From NCBI GenBank assembly GCA_963806645.1, contig CAWDYQ010000001.1, forward strand, positions 67,583 to 131,582: a stretch of DNA of 64,000 nucleotides, in the 5' to 3' direction. The stretch comes from Candidatus Bathyarchaeota archaeon. Its GTDB lineage: Archaea > Thermoproteota > Bathyarchaeia > Bathyarchaeales > Bathyarchaeaceae. Both the position numbers and the translations under genes were made by a program. Positions 1 to 8,913 of the stretch are shown here, piece by piece. The first letter of the stretch is position 1. Each line of letters opens with the position of its first letter. The notes under the pieces are model-generated. The model searched no databases. It was not told where the DNA came from and saw only the letters and a program-made list of their open reading frames with translations.

Positions 1-581
1 TTGATTTGCTTCCAAAAATCTAGAGCTTTCTCAATCGCATTATCAAACAGCCACGGAGCAGCAGAATGACCCGAAGGTGTCTCAACAGTAATCTTCACAG
101 TTAAGATGCCTTTATAGCCGAAAACAACCTTCTCCAATCCGCTTGGCTCACCAAAAATGGCATAATCCGGCTGGATTCCTTCTTCAACAAAATGCTGAAT
201 GCCTGACCCTGAGCCTTCCTCATCCACTACACCGACAACAAGAATCTTACCTGGAAACCCCTTTTCCACAAACTTTGAAGCAGCCACAATCATGGCAGCC
301 AACGGACCTTTTGCATCTACAGAACCTCTACCATACAGTTGGCCATCCTCAACGCGAATGGGAATCTCCCCTTCAACAGTGTCCATGTGCCCACACAACA
401 AAACAACCGGAGTACCCTCACCGATTTCACCAATCACATTTCCAACTTCGTCCCTGTGAACCCGGAAACCTAGTTTCTTCATCTCGTTAGCCAAGAATAG
501 AGAAATCTCCTCCTCACTGCCTGAGGGACTGTAAATCTTTATCATCCTAGTCAGCAAATCAACTGCATAGTCATTGCTCAT
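1..581 (-). CDS. lysK: LysK/ArgE-type M20 metallopeptidase ([LysW]-lysine/ornithine hydrolase). N-terminal ~193 codons only; the 3' end runs off the window.
   Basis: Missing from the ORF track because no stop lies in the window. Reverse complement from the ATG at 581-579 reads MSNDYAVDLLTRMIKIYSPSGSEEEISLF...VVLLCGHMDTVEGE...GRGSVDAKGPLAAM...VVDEEGSGSG. These are M20 metal-ligand motifs. It is the last gene of a colinear lysW-X-Y-Z-J-K string. Confidence 0.8.
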   Translation of the reverse strand, partial: MSNDYAVDLLTRMIKIYSPSGSEEEISLFLANEMKKLGFRVHRDEVGNVIGEIGEGTPVVLLCGHMDTVEGEIPIRVEDGQLYGRGSVDAKGPLAAMIVAASKFVEKGFPGKILVVGVVDEEGSGSGIQHFVEEGIQPDYAIFGEPSGLEKVVFGYKGILTVKITVETPSGHSAAPWLFDNAIEKALDFWKQI

Positions 582-586
582 CTGTT

Positions 587-1762
587 CTACTTCTCCAAAA
601 CTTCGTCCAGAACATCTATTACTGTGTCGATTTGTTCTTTTTCAATGACCAACGGAGGCAAAAACCGGACAACATTCCTTCCGGCATCCAAAACAAGAAC
701 ACCTAGATCCATACAACCAAGCAATATGTTGTAAACGTCAAACCGCATCTCCATACCAATCATGAGACCCAAACCGCGAACTTCCCTGATAACCTTGTAT
801 TTTTCAGCTAATCCGTTCAGCTTACCCTTAAAGTAACCTCCAAGAGTCGCAGCACGTTCAGGAAGCTTCTCCTCAACAAGCACATCAATTGCAGCAGACG
901 CCGCAGCACAAACCAATGGATTACCACTAAACGTGCTAGAATGCTCTCCACGCTGAAAAGCAGCCATAACATCTCCTTTAGCGAAGGTTGCACCCATGGG
1001 TAAGCCACCAGCGATAGACTTTGCAAGACACATAATGTCGGGAACCACGTTCCAGTGTTCGCAGGCGAAAACTTTTCCTGTGCGACCAAAACCAGTCTGC
1101 ACCTCATCAAAGATCAATAATACATCCTTCTCGTAACATAGTTCTCGTAGTCCAGGAAGAAAATCGTCTGAGGGAAGCAATATTCCGCCTTCTCCCCTGA
1201 TAGGCTCCACCAAAACCGCGGCTGTCTTATCAGTAATTGCTGCCTTAATCTTTTCTAGGTTATTTGGGGGAACATGTTTGAAACCAGGAACCAACGGCAT
1301 GAATGCGTCACGATACTTCTTTTTCCAAGTTGCAGAAAGTGCACCCATGGTTTTGCCGTGGAACGCGCCCATCATGGCGATTATCTCAGTTTTACCTGAA
1401 TATTTTCGGGCAAGTTTTAGGGCACATTCGACTGATTCGGTGCCGCTATTAGAAAGAAACACCCTATCCATACCTTTAGGAGCTAACCGGATGAGTTTTT
1501 CTAGCATTTCTGATCGTGAATCGTTATAGAACGAAGCATGACAAGCAATCAGTTTCTCAACTTGCATTTGTACCGCTTCGACAACTTTTGGGTGACAGTG
1601 GCCAACAATAGCGACTCCATAGCTACCCGTGCAGTCTATATACTCATTGCCGTTTACGTCCCAGACCTTGGCTCCCTTTCCTCTTGTTAGTGTTCGGTCT
1701 CTTTTGGCGAAAGTCTGTGCCATAATTTTTTCTTCAATATCAACTATTTCTTTTTCATTCAC
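587..1762 (-). CDS. lysJ: Class III PLP aminotransferase, LysJ/ArgD type ([LysW]-aminoadipate semialdehyde / acetylornithine aminotransferase)
   Basis: 391 aa. Class III aminotransferase motifs are present: GSYGVAIVGHCHP, FDEVQTGFGRTG, and a CLAKSIAGG PLP-lysine context. Tightly packed between lysZ and lysK. Confidence 0.9.
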   Translation of the reverse strand: MNEKEIVDIEEKIMAQTFAKRDRTLTRGKGAKVWDVNGNEYIDCTGSYGVAIVGHCHPKVVEAVQMQVEKLIACHASFYNDSRSEMLEKLIRLAPKGMDRVFLSNSGTESVECALKLARKYSGKTEIIAMMGAFHGKTMGALSATWKKKYRDAFMPLVPGFKHVPPNNLEKIKAAITDKTAAVLVEPIRGEGGILLPSDDFLPGLRELCYEKDVLLIFDEVQTGFGRTGKVFACEHWNVVPDIMCLAKSIAGGLPMGATFAKGDVMAAFQRGEHSSTFSGNPLVCAAASAAIDVLVEEKLPERAATLGGYFKGKLNGLAEKYKVIREVRGLGLMIGMEMRFDVYNILLGCMDLGVLVLDAGRNVVRFLPPLVIEKEQIDTVIDVLDEVLEK

Positions 1763-2594
1763 GAGTTATCACCGTACCGCCTTCATGCTTCAGGGCAGAA
1801 GAAATCGGAGTCTTCCTGACACCAGAACAGATCACAACTTCTTTAACGCCGTTTTTGAGGGCTTCCTGAGCAGCGTAAACCTTGGTTATCATTCCACCCC
1901 CAATCTTCTTCAGCTTAGTCTCAGCATCCTCAGTAGACAGTTCCGAAACCAATTTTCCGTCTAGCATTAAGCCTTCAACATCCGTCAAAAGAACCAACTT
2001 ATCCGCATTTAAGGCTCCTGCGATGTTTGCTGCTGTTCGGTCAGCATCCACGTTTAAGGGCTCAAACTCTTCGCTAACTGCAACTGGAGAAACCAGCGGA
2101 ACATACCCGTTATCAAGTAACAGCCTCAACAACTCGGCATTAACTTGGTTGACTTTTCCTGTGTATCCGCCATCAATAACCTGCTTTCTTCCCTGCTCAT
2201 TAACTACAATCAGCCGCTTCTTTCGTTCTGCACGCAAAAGATATCCGTCCAAACCTGAAAGACCAACAACAGGTATCTCCTGCTTCTGAAGGGCCGAAAC
2301 CAGCTTCTTGTTGATTCGTCCAGCCATAACCATTGTGAAAATTTCCATGGTCTCCTTGTCTGTGTATCTGCTGCGAAAGCCGGTAGGCGAAAACACAAAC
2401 TTCTGTTCCTTGCCCAGTTTTGAGGCTACTTCTGTAACGCCTTTTCCTCCACCATGAACTAATACAAGCTTGTGCTCAGAAAGAACATTCTTTATGTCAG
2501 AAACAATTTCTGGAGGCACCTCATTGAGGATACTCCCGCCAACCTTAACTACAATCAGCATCTTTCTTCTCACATCGGATGGTAACCTTGACAT
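1755..2594 (-). CDS. lysZ: Amino-acid kinase, LysZ/ArgB type ([LysW]-aminoadipate / acetylglutamate kinase)
   Basis: 279-aa ORF. The KVGGS glycine loop and VLVHGGG motif mark the acetylglutamate kinase family. The real start is more likely the internal MLIVVKVGGS at 2561, which removes the 25-nt overlap with lysY. Confidence 0.9.
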   Translation of the reverse strand: MSRLPSDVRRKMLIVVKVGGSILNEVPPEIVSDIKNVLSEHKLVLVHGGGKGVTEVASKLGKEQKFVFSPTGFRSRYTDKETMEIFTMVMAGRINKKLVSALQKQEIPVVGLSGLDGYLLRAERKKRLIVVNEQGRKQVIDGGYTGKVNQVNAELLRLLLDNGYVPLVSPVAVSEEFEPLNVDADRTAANIAGALNADKLVLLTDVEGLMLDGKLVSELSTEDAETKLKKIGGGMITKVYAAQEALKNGVKEVVICSGVRKTPISSALKHEGGTVITRE

Positions 2595-3622
2595 TCAAGA
2601 CCAGTTGTTTCGTCTACACCAAGCATAACGTTCATACATTGAACACCCTGACCGGAAGCTCCCCTCATAAGGTTGTCAATAGCCGAAAAGGCGAGTATCC
2701 TGTTGGTTCGATGGTCTAACTCGAAACCTATGTCAACAAAGTTTGAACCCATTGTAATTTTGGGGTCAGGTAGTTGATATGGTCCCTTCTTGAATTTAAC
2801 AAACCGTATGAACTGCTCATCCTGATACATCGAACGGTAAAGTTTCCAGACGTCCCTTGTTTCTAGGGGCGCCTTAAGGAAACCGTGAATTGTGGAAAGT
2901 ATACCTCGGATCATGTTTACTGCGTGGGGAGTGAAACAGACTGTTACTTTTTCGTCTGTTAGCAGGTTAAGTTCCTGTTCTATCTCAGCTACGTGCCTGT
3001 GATCTGCTACTTTGTATGGTCTTACGCCTCCAGCCCTTTCAGGATGATGAGAAGTAACTGTGGGTTTTTGGCCTGCACCAGAAGAGCCAATCTTCACGTC
3101 AGCTACTATACGGTTCTTTTCTATCGCTCCAGCCTTTACAAGAGGAGCTAATCCCAGAATTGTGGCTGTAGACATGCATCCTGGACAACCGATTAAGCGT
3201 GCTTTCTTGATTTCTTCGCGGTGAAGCTCAGGGCAACCATAAACTGCTTCATTAAGAAGGTCTGGGTGAGAGTGTTTCCAACCATACCACTTGTCATAGT
3301 CTGCTGGGTTGTGTAGGCGGTAGTCTGCGCTCATGTCAATAACTTTTACTCCTGTTTCAAGGAGTTGTGGGACTAGGTTTACTGATTTGCCGTGGGGCAT
3401 CGCAGCGAAAACTAGGTCGCAGTTGTCTGCGATTTGGGAGATGTTTGGGGGAGTGAATTTTAGTTGTGTTGCTGCTCTAAGGTTTGGGTGAACTGTAAAG
3501 ATGAATTCTCCTGCGTTTGCGCGAGATGTTACTGTGGTTAATTCAACTTTTGGGTGTGGAAGAAGCAGTCTTACTAGTTCGCCGCCCACGTATCCTGAGC
3601 CGCCAATTACTCCAACCTTCAT
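2570..3622 (-). CDS. lysY: N-acetyl-gamma-glutamyl-phosphate / [LysW]-aminoadipyl-phosphate reductase
   Basis: 350 aa. N-terminal Rossmann motif GGSGYVGGEL and a catalytic-Cys context GCPGCMSTA, typical of the ArgC family. Confidence 0.9.
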   Translation of the reverse strand: MKVGVIGGSGYVGGELVRLLLPHPKVELTTVTSRANAGEFIFTVHPNLRAATQLKFTPPNISQIADNCDLVFAAMPHGKSVNLVPQLLETGVKVIDMSADYRLHNPADYDKWYGWKHSHPDLLNEAVYGCPELHREEIKKARLIGCPGCMSTATILGLAPLVKAGAIEKNRIVADVKIGSSGAGQKPTVTSHHPERAGGVRPYKVADHRHVAEIEQELNLLTDEKVTVCFTPHAVNMIRGILSTIHGFLKAPLETRDVWKLYRSMYQDEQFIRFVKFKKGPYQLPDPKITMGSNFVDIGFELDHRTNRILAFSAIDNLMRGASGQGVQCMNVMLGVDETTGLECQGYHPM

Positions 3623-3636
3623 TCATTTTTTCTCCT

Positions 3637-4818
3637 TTATTCTGAATCGATTATGCTTTGGGCTCCCTTAAGCAGTGCCTCTGCCAAGTTTATCCCAGCA
3701 GCCAATCGGGTTTGTTCCCAGAACTCGGGACAAGCATTGGTTTCATGGAACATGATGTTGTGTTTGTTCTTTTCCATGTTTTCTTCGATAACCTTCTTGA
3801 TGTTTAAGTAAGCGTCTTGGTTCTTGTAGTTTTCAAAAGCTTTTTCCAGCTTCTTGTTCCAGGCTGAAAAGTTTGTCCGCTTAGTCTTGTCACGTTTAAC
3901 GTTTTTCACGGCACCAAAAGATGGTTCAAGCTTGTCGAACTCTTCCATTAGATATTCGTCGTCAATTTCTTTGTTGTTGCCGACTTCAATCATGCCGTCA
4001 AACGCTAGAAGGTATGCTTTGCTGTCTCCTCCCATGGCTGCACCACATTTAGCTGAAATGTCTCTGATGTGTTGAGGTAAATTCACTCCGATAACCATGT
4101 TGCCCAGAAATGTGTTGGTTCGGAAATCTTTGAATCCTGCTCTTGCTAACGCTGTGGGGTAACAGTATGGCTTTTTTCCTTCCTCTTTTGTGACGATTAT
4201 CCTCAAGTCGTAGAACCATTTTTCGACAAGATTTTGGGCTAAAACTCCCACAGGATTAATTATTGAGGGTTCAACTTCCTTGAGAATCGTTAACAGTTCT
4301 TCACGGTTTTTAGCGAGTTTAACGCTTTTTCCGTGAGTGCCTGCGTCTGGCTTAACTACAATATTGCTTACAAGTTCATTTTCTAGTAAGTCAGCTATGT
4401 CACCTTCGTTATGTATTTCCCGCCCATCTACAGTTTTTTCGTTTGAATCAACTGGAATGTAGATTGTGTCGGGAATCCTTATTCCTGCCTTCCAAAAATG
4501 CAACAACGACCTCAATTTGCTAAAGCAAGCGTATTCTACACACTGGGGATTTATGACATGTTTGTCAAATGCCTCAAGAACATTAGCTGCGAAAAGCCTC
4601 CTGTTCTTGCTTTGTGCACGATTTAACACTACTTTAATGTCTTTGAGAATGTTCGTGTAATCTTTACCTTTGGTTCGAAGCTTGTAACCTTTTCCATCAA
4701 AGCGAACAGCAACTTTACGAAATGGAATATAAACCAAGTCAATTCCCATCTCCTCTGCAGTCATCTTAATGCCTTTTTCGTCAGTTTCGGAGCTCTCAAA
4801 CAAAATTCCAATGCTCAT
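3637..4818 (-). CDS. lysX: RimK/LysX-type ATP-grasp ligase (LysW-glutamate/aminoadipate ligase), unusually long
   Basis: 393 aa. ATP-grasp core is present: VVKPDAGTHGK, LAFDGM, MFHETNACPEF. It lies directly downstream of lysW. About 75 extra residues are inserted between the last two Mg/ATP-binding strands (see findings). Confidence 0.8.
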   Translation of the reverse strand: MSIGILFESSETDEKGIKMTAEEMGIDLVYIPFRKVAVRFDGKGYKLRTKGKDYTNILKDIKVVLNRAQSKNRRLFAANVLEAFDKHVINPQCVEYACFSKLRSLLHFWKAGIRIPDTIYIPVDSNEKTVDGREIHNEGDIADLLENELVSNIVVKPDAGTHGKSVKLAKNREELLTILKEVEPSIINPVGVLAQNLVEKWFYDLRIIVTKEEGKKPYCYPTALARAGFKDFRTNTFLGNMVIGVNLPQHIRDISAKCGAAMGGDSKAYLLAFDGMIEVGNNKEIDDEYLMEEFDKLEPSFGAVKNVKRDKTKRTNFSAWNKKLEKAFENYKNQDAYLNIKKVIEENMEKNKHNIMFHETNACPEFWEQTRLAAGINLAEALLKGAQSIIDSE

Positions 4819-4929
4819 CTCTGTTTTTTCACCCTCACTTCAAATGTATTTTTTGTTCTATAGGTGTTTTTCAATCTACTTCTTTTCTGTTTCTAATGTA
4901 AAAAGATAAAAAGAAATAATGAGAGGAAC

Positions 4930-5106
4930 CTATTCTCCCCAGTCTTCCCCTTCAATTCCAAGCTCTTTAAGTTCGACGCAGTCGCCCTTATTTTCAGTCA
5001 CTTCTAATTCAAGACCGCAGCTCGGGCAGCTCAGAATCTCTCCTTTCATGACATCCTCTGGGACTTCGATCTCCGCGTCGCAATCGGGACAGTTGGCTTT
5101 CTTCAC
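4930..5106 (-). CDS. lysW: LysW amino-group carrier protein (58 aa)
   Basis: Below the ORF-track size cutoff. The minus strand reads VKKANCPDCDAEIEVPEDVMKGEILSCPSCGLELEVTENKGDCVELKELGIEGEDWGE then a stop. It has a CxxC...CxxC zinc ribbon and the diagnostic C-terminal EDWGE tail. GTG start at 5106 is preceded by GAGGTG. The plus-strand track ORF 4919..5128 is its antisense shadow. Confidence 0.85.
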   Translation of the reverse strand: MKKANCPDCDAEIEVPEDVMKGEILSCPSCGLELEVTENKGDCVELKELGIEGEDWGE

Positions 5107-5134
5107 GACTTACACCTCTTTGGTTTAAAGTGAG

Positions 5135-5163
5135 CCATTATAAAAAATGTTGCTATTTATAAG
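5135..5163 (-). promoter_or_regulatory. Candidate TATA-box region for the lysW operon
   Basis: The minus strand reads CTTATAAATAG and TTTTTTATAA 30-55 nt upstream of the lysW GTG. The call rests on position and composition only. Confidence 0.35.
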
Positions 5164-5210
5164 AATTTCGGATTATTAACTGATGGTTTTGCATTTTTTC
5201 CAACTTATTA

Positions 5211-5223
5211 TACGGAATCCGTA
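5211..5223. promoter_or_regulatory. TACGGA-A-TCCGTA palindrome, candidate Lrp/LysM operator in the divergent lysW / lrp intergenic region
   Basis: Perfect 6-1-6 inverted repeat tacggaatccgta. Extra half-sites occur: TACGGA at 5298-5303 and TCCGTA at 5350-5355. All lie between the two divergent transcription units. Confidence 0.35.
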
Positions 5224-5381
5224 GAATTGGTGCTGTTTACGTCAATAATTTTCGGATACTACTTAACCCCGACTTAGGGGGGAAAAGGGCGCTGAACTAC
5301 GGAAATCGTTACTAAGGTGCTGCAAAATGTTCAGTAATCGTTAAATTTTTCCGTAACTGTACTGTCTTGGAAGTGGAGATA

Positions 5382-5792
5382 ATGGACGATACTGACAAAG
5401 TGATAATCGAAATTCTGAAGCATGATGGTCGTGCCACCTACAGTGATATCGGAAAGAGGATTGGTCTGTCTGAGGGCGCAGTTCGGAAGAGAATAAAAGC
5501 CCTTGTTGAAACCGGTGCAATAAGGCGGTTCACTATTAAGGTTGGGCTTACAGAGGGGGCGGAAGCTATAGCTCTACTTTCGGTTGATCCCTCTTTGCCA
5601 ACTTCAGAAGTCTCACAATTGCTTAAGAAATTCTCTAACGTAGAAACAGTCTTCGAAATTACTGGAGAATACGACATTGCAGTAACGATATCCGGTTTGA
5701 ATATAACAGAAGTCAATGAATGCCTTGAAAAGATACGTCGCCTTAAAGGCGTAGCCACTACAAACACCATGATTGTCCTACGCAGCTGGTAA
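5382..5792 (+). CDS. Lrp/AsnC-family transcriptional regulator (LysM-like by context)
   Basis: N-terminal HTH (LDxxDxxIIEILKHDGRATYSDIGKRIGLSEGAVRKRIKAL) plus a C-terminal RAM/AsnC_trans_reg domain. The ATG at 5382 has GGAG upstream. The track ORF starts at a TTG at 5367. Confidence 0.85.
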   Translation: MDDTDKVIIEILKHDGRATYSDIGKRIGLSEGAVRKRIKALVETGAIRRFTIKVGLTEGAEAIALLSVDPSLPTSEVSQLLKKFSNVETVFEITGEYDIAVTISGLNITEVNECLEKIRRLKGVATTNTMIVLRSW

Positions 5793-5878
5793 CCTTCTTT
5801 AATTATTTTTTATTACGGTTTCAGAAACTATAGTGATCTTTTCGTATTTCAATTGTCACAATTTCACATAAAGTATAT

Positions 5879-7186
5879 ATGTTTGTGCGTTTTGTATTCT
5901 TCCAAAATCTAATTAACAAACAGTGTGTAAAAGGAAGGCCTACCGAAGTGGAAGACCAATATATTGACGAGCAGGGGCAAAAACTACTAGAGAAGCTGAA
6001 AAGGGAAGGCGTTCTCCCAAGCCCCTACAACTTCGCTAACTATCGAGCTCCCTGCCTAGACGAGTATATAGTTCACGACAGTACTCTACGAGAGGGAGAA
6101 CAGACACCAGGCGTAATCTTCAGTATAGAAGACAAACTGAAAATCGCCAAGAAACTGGACGCTGTGGGGGTACCACAAATAGAATCAGGATTCCCCGCTG
6201 CTTCAGAAAAACAGAGAAAATGTGTGGAAGCCCTAGTTGACCTGAATCTAGACGCTCAACTGTCTGCTTTTGCTCGTGCAAAAAAGGAGGACATAGATAT
6301 TGTCGCAGACAGCGGAGCAGACGGTATTGTGCTCTCTTTATCCATTTCTCCGTATCATCGAGAATTTAAATTTAAAGGCATGAGCAAAGAAAGTTATCTT
6401 GAAAAACTTGAAGAACATATCAGTTACGCAGAAAGTTATGGACTCTATATCATATACAGCGCCGAGGACACAACTAGAGAAAATGACTTGGAATTCCTGA
6501 AAAAAGCATACAAAACAGCAGAGACGTCAGGAGCAGATAGAGCACGAATAGTTGATACTCTAGGCTGCGCAAGCCCCAATGGGATGGCGTTTTTAGTTAA
6601 AGAAATTGGAAAAGAACTGGAAATCCCTATCGAAGTTCACTGCCACAATGACCTTGGTCTAGCATTAGCTAATTCGTTGGCATCTGTTGAGGCTGGTGCA
6701 TCAACTGTATCAACATCCGTGAACGGATTAGGTGAAAGAGCGGGAATAGCGATGACCGAAGAAATAATCCCTGTCCTTCATATGCTCTATGGCACAAGCA
6801 TCTTTGAGATGAATCAACTAACCTCGTTATCTGAGCTTGTTCAATCAATTTCGGGAATAAGAATGCCTCCTCACAAGCCTTTAACTGGTGACAACGTAAA
6901 TGCTCATAGTTCAGGAATACACCAGCATGGAGTACTAGTTAATCCGACAACATACGAGTTTTATCCACCCAGAATGATGGGTCAGAAACGAAAAATCTAT
7001 ATTGACGAATTAGGTGGCAGGCACGGAATAATCTACGTGGCGAAAGAATTAGGTATAGAAATTTCTGATGAAGTAGCTAGAAAAGTTCTCGAAAAAATAA
7101 AGTCATCTTTTTCTTCTGGGGAACGGCGAAGCTCCTACACACCTGACGAGATAAAACAATTAATAGATGAAATCGAAAAGTGTTGA
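5879..7186 (+). CDS. Homocitrate synthase / 2-isopropylmalate synthase family (homocitrate synthase by context)
   Basis: HMGL-like barrel motifs are present: DSTLREGEQTPGV, HCHNDLGLALANSLA, VNGLGERAGIA. A TATA-like aaagtatatat sits immediately before the ATG at 5879. The in-frame GTG at 5948, with AGGAAGG upstream, is therefore a more plausible start. Confidence 0.85.
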   Translation: MFVRFVFFQNLINKQCVKGRPTEVEDQYIDEQGQKLLEKLKREGVLPSPYNFANYRAPCLDEYIVHDSTLREGEQTPGVIFSIEDKLKIAKKLDAVGVPQIESGFPAASEKQRKCVEALVDLNLDAQLSAFARAKKEDIDIVADSGADGIVLSLSISPYHREFKFKGMSKESYLEKLEEHISYAESYGLYIIYSAEDTTRENDLEFLKKAYKTAETSGADRARIVDTLGCASPNGMAFLVKEIGKELEIPIEVHCHNDLGLALANSLASVEAGASTVSTSVNGLGERAGIAMTEEIIPVLHMLYGTSIFEMNQLTSLSELVQSISGIRMPPHKPLTGDNVNAHSSGIHQHGVLVNPTTYEFYPPRMMGQKRKIYIDELGGRHGIIYVAKELGIEISDEVARKVLEKIKSSFSSGERRSSYTPDEIKQLIDEIEKC

Positions 7187-7191
7187 AATCG

Positions 7192-8431
7192 ATGGCTTCT
7201 ACAATAACCGAGAAAATTTTAGCTTACGCTTCGCATCAGAAAGAGGTTGTTGCAGGAGATTTTGTTGTAGCAGAAGTAAGCTACGCCATGGCACATGACT
7301 CAACTGCTCCGTTGGCAATAGAAAGCTTCAGCAAAATCACAGACAAAGTCTTTGACAAAGACCGTGTCATAATTGTTTTCGACCACTTCTTTCCCGCTCC
7401 CACAGTAGCCGGAGCCACACTGCACCAAAAATCAAGAAAATTTGTGATGGAACAAAATATTTCTGGCTTCTTCACCAATGGCGTTTGCCACCAGCTTCTA
7501 GTAGAAAATTTTGTTTCACCGGGTGACGTAGTTGTTGGAGCTGACTCTCATACATGTACCTGAGGGAGCTTTAGGTGCCTTTACCACTGGATTAGGATCA
7601 ACTGATATAGGTGGAGTTATGGCTACTGGAAAATGTTGGTTTCGTGTTCCTGAAAGCTTAAAATTTAATTTAACTGGAAAAACAAAGAAGGGTGTTTATG
7701 CAAAAGACGTCATCTTAAGCATCGTTGGCGATGTTAGAGCCGATGGAGCGCTCTACAAAGCTTGTGAATTCACCGGCGACTATGTAAAAAATGCTACTGT
7801 TGCTTCTCGTTTGACCTTATGTAATATGGCTATTGAGATGGGTGGTAAAAACGGTATAATTGAAGCTGACCAAAAAACGCTTGATTTTCTGGACGGTAGA
7901 ACAGGAAAAATCTTCAAAAGCGACAAAGACGGGGTTTATGCTGACGAATTCGAAATCGAGGTGGAAGATGTTGAGCCACAGGTTGCTCTTCCTCCAGTAG
8001 TAGATAATGTGGAACCTGTTTCCGTTGTTGAGGGAAAACCGATTGATCAAGCTTTCTTGGGAACATGCACCAACGGAAGACTAGAAGATATCGAAGTTGC
8101 GACTAAAATATTGAAAAACAAGAAAATTTCCCGAAACGTCCGGTTATTGGTTACTCCTGCCTCAGAAGCCATATACTTTGCAGCCCTCGAGAAGGGATAC
8201 CTGCAGGATCTTGTGGCGGCGGGTGCGGCAGTTTGCAACCCCACCTGTGGTCCATGTGTTGGTAGACACGGGGGAGTGTTGGCTGAAGGAGAGGTTTGTA
8301 TTTCAAGTCAGAACCGAAACTTTAGTGGTCGGATGGGTGATCCAAAAGCGGAGATTATTCTGGCTTCACCAGCGACTGTTGCGGCCTCAGCTTTAGCTGG
8401 AAAGATTGTTGATCCGAGGGATTACATGTGA
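7192..8431 (+). pseudogene. Homoaconitase / 3-isopropylmalate dehydratase large subunit, reading frame broken inside the GADSHTCT motif
   Basis: Track ORFs 7180..7563 and 7532..8431 are the two halves of one aconitase-family large subunit. Frame 1 ends ...VVGADSHTCT-TGA (7561-7563). The +1 frame continues directly with (E)GALGAFTTGLGSTD. Four nucleotides (TGAG) sit where one codon is expected. Confidence 0.85.
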
Positions 8432-8913
8432 AAGTTTGGAAGTTTGGAGACGACATAAACACTGATGTTATAACTCCAGGCAGATATACAGTCACAACCG
8501 ACAAGAAACGGTTAGGCGAGATAGCGTTTATAGAGTACCGACCCGATTTCAGTAAAAACGTTAAAAAAGGGGACATAATCGTTGCAGGAAATAATTTTGG
8601 TTGTGGTTCTTCTAGAGAACATTCTCCTGTAGCCATAAAGGCTGCTGGAATTAGTGCAGTTATTGCCAAATCATTTGCTCGCATCTTCTTTAGAAACTCG
8701 ATAAACATTGGGCTTCCGCTATTTATTTCTGAAGATGCAGAAAAAATCGATGACGGTGACGAAGTTGAAATCGATTTTGATACTGGGGAGATTCAAGACA
8801 AGACTAAGAACATAATTCTTAAGGTGAAGCCTTTACCCGCGTTTATGCAGAAGATTGTAGAGAAGGGTGGATTGGTTGAATTTCTAAGGAGTGGTGGATA
8901 TGACAACCTATAA
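8428..8913 (+). CDS. Homoaconitase / isopropylmalate dehydratase small subunit
   Basis: 161 aa. LeuD/HacB swivel-domain motifs are present: GDDINTDVITPGRY, NFGCGSSREHSP. Its ATG overlaps the stop of the large subunit (ATGA). Confidence 0.85.
   Translation: MKVWKFGDDINTDVITPGRYTVTTDKKRLGEIAFIEYRPDFSKNVKKGDIIVAGNNFGCGSSREHSPVAIKAAGISAVIAKSFARIFFRNSINIGLPLFISEDAEKIDDGDEVEIDFDTGEIQDKTKNIILKVKPLPAFMQKIVEKGGLVEFLRSGGYDNL

Noticed and set aside
143-490. Plus-strand track ORFs 143..490 and 199..459
   Set aside because: They lie antisense to a well-conserved M20 peptidase reading frame (lysK). They translate to low-complexity Pro/Ser/Thr/His-rich sequence.
4919-5128. Plus-strand 69-aa ORF
   Set aside because: It is the antisense shadow of lysW. 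The minus strand gives a textbook LysW with a zinc ribbon and EDWGE tail.
7558-7566. Programmed +1 frameshift or TGA recoding in the homoaconitase gene, and by extension at the other +1 sites
   Set aside because: The P-site codon ACC cannot re-pair in the +1 frame. At the other genes the best protein junctions lie upstream of the frame-0 stop, not at it. No shared slippery heptamer is present. Many sites are homopolymers. Kept only as a low-probability alternative.
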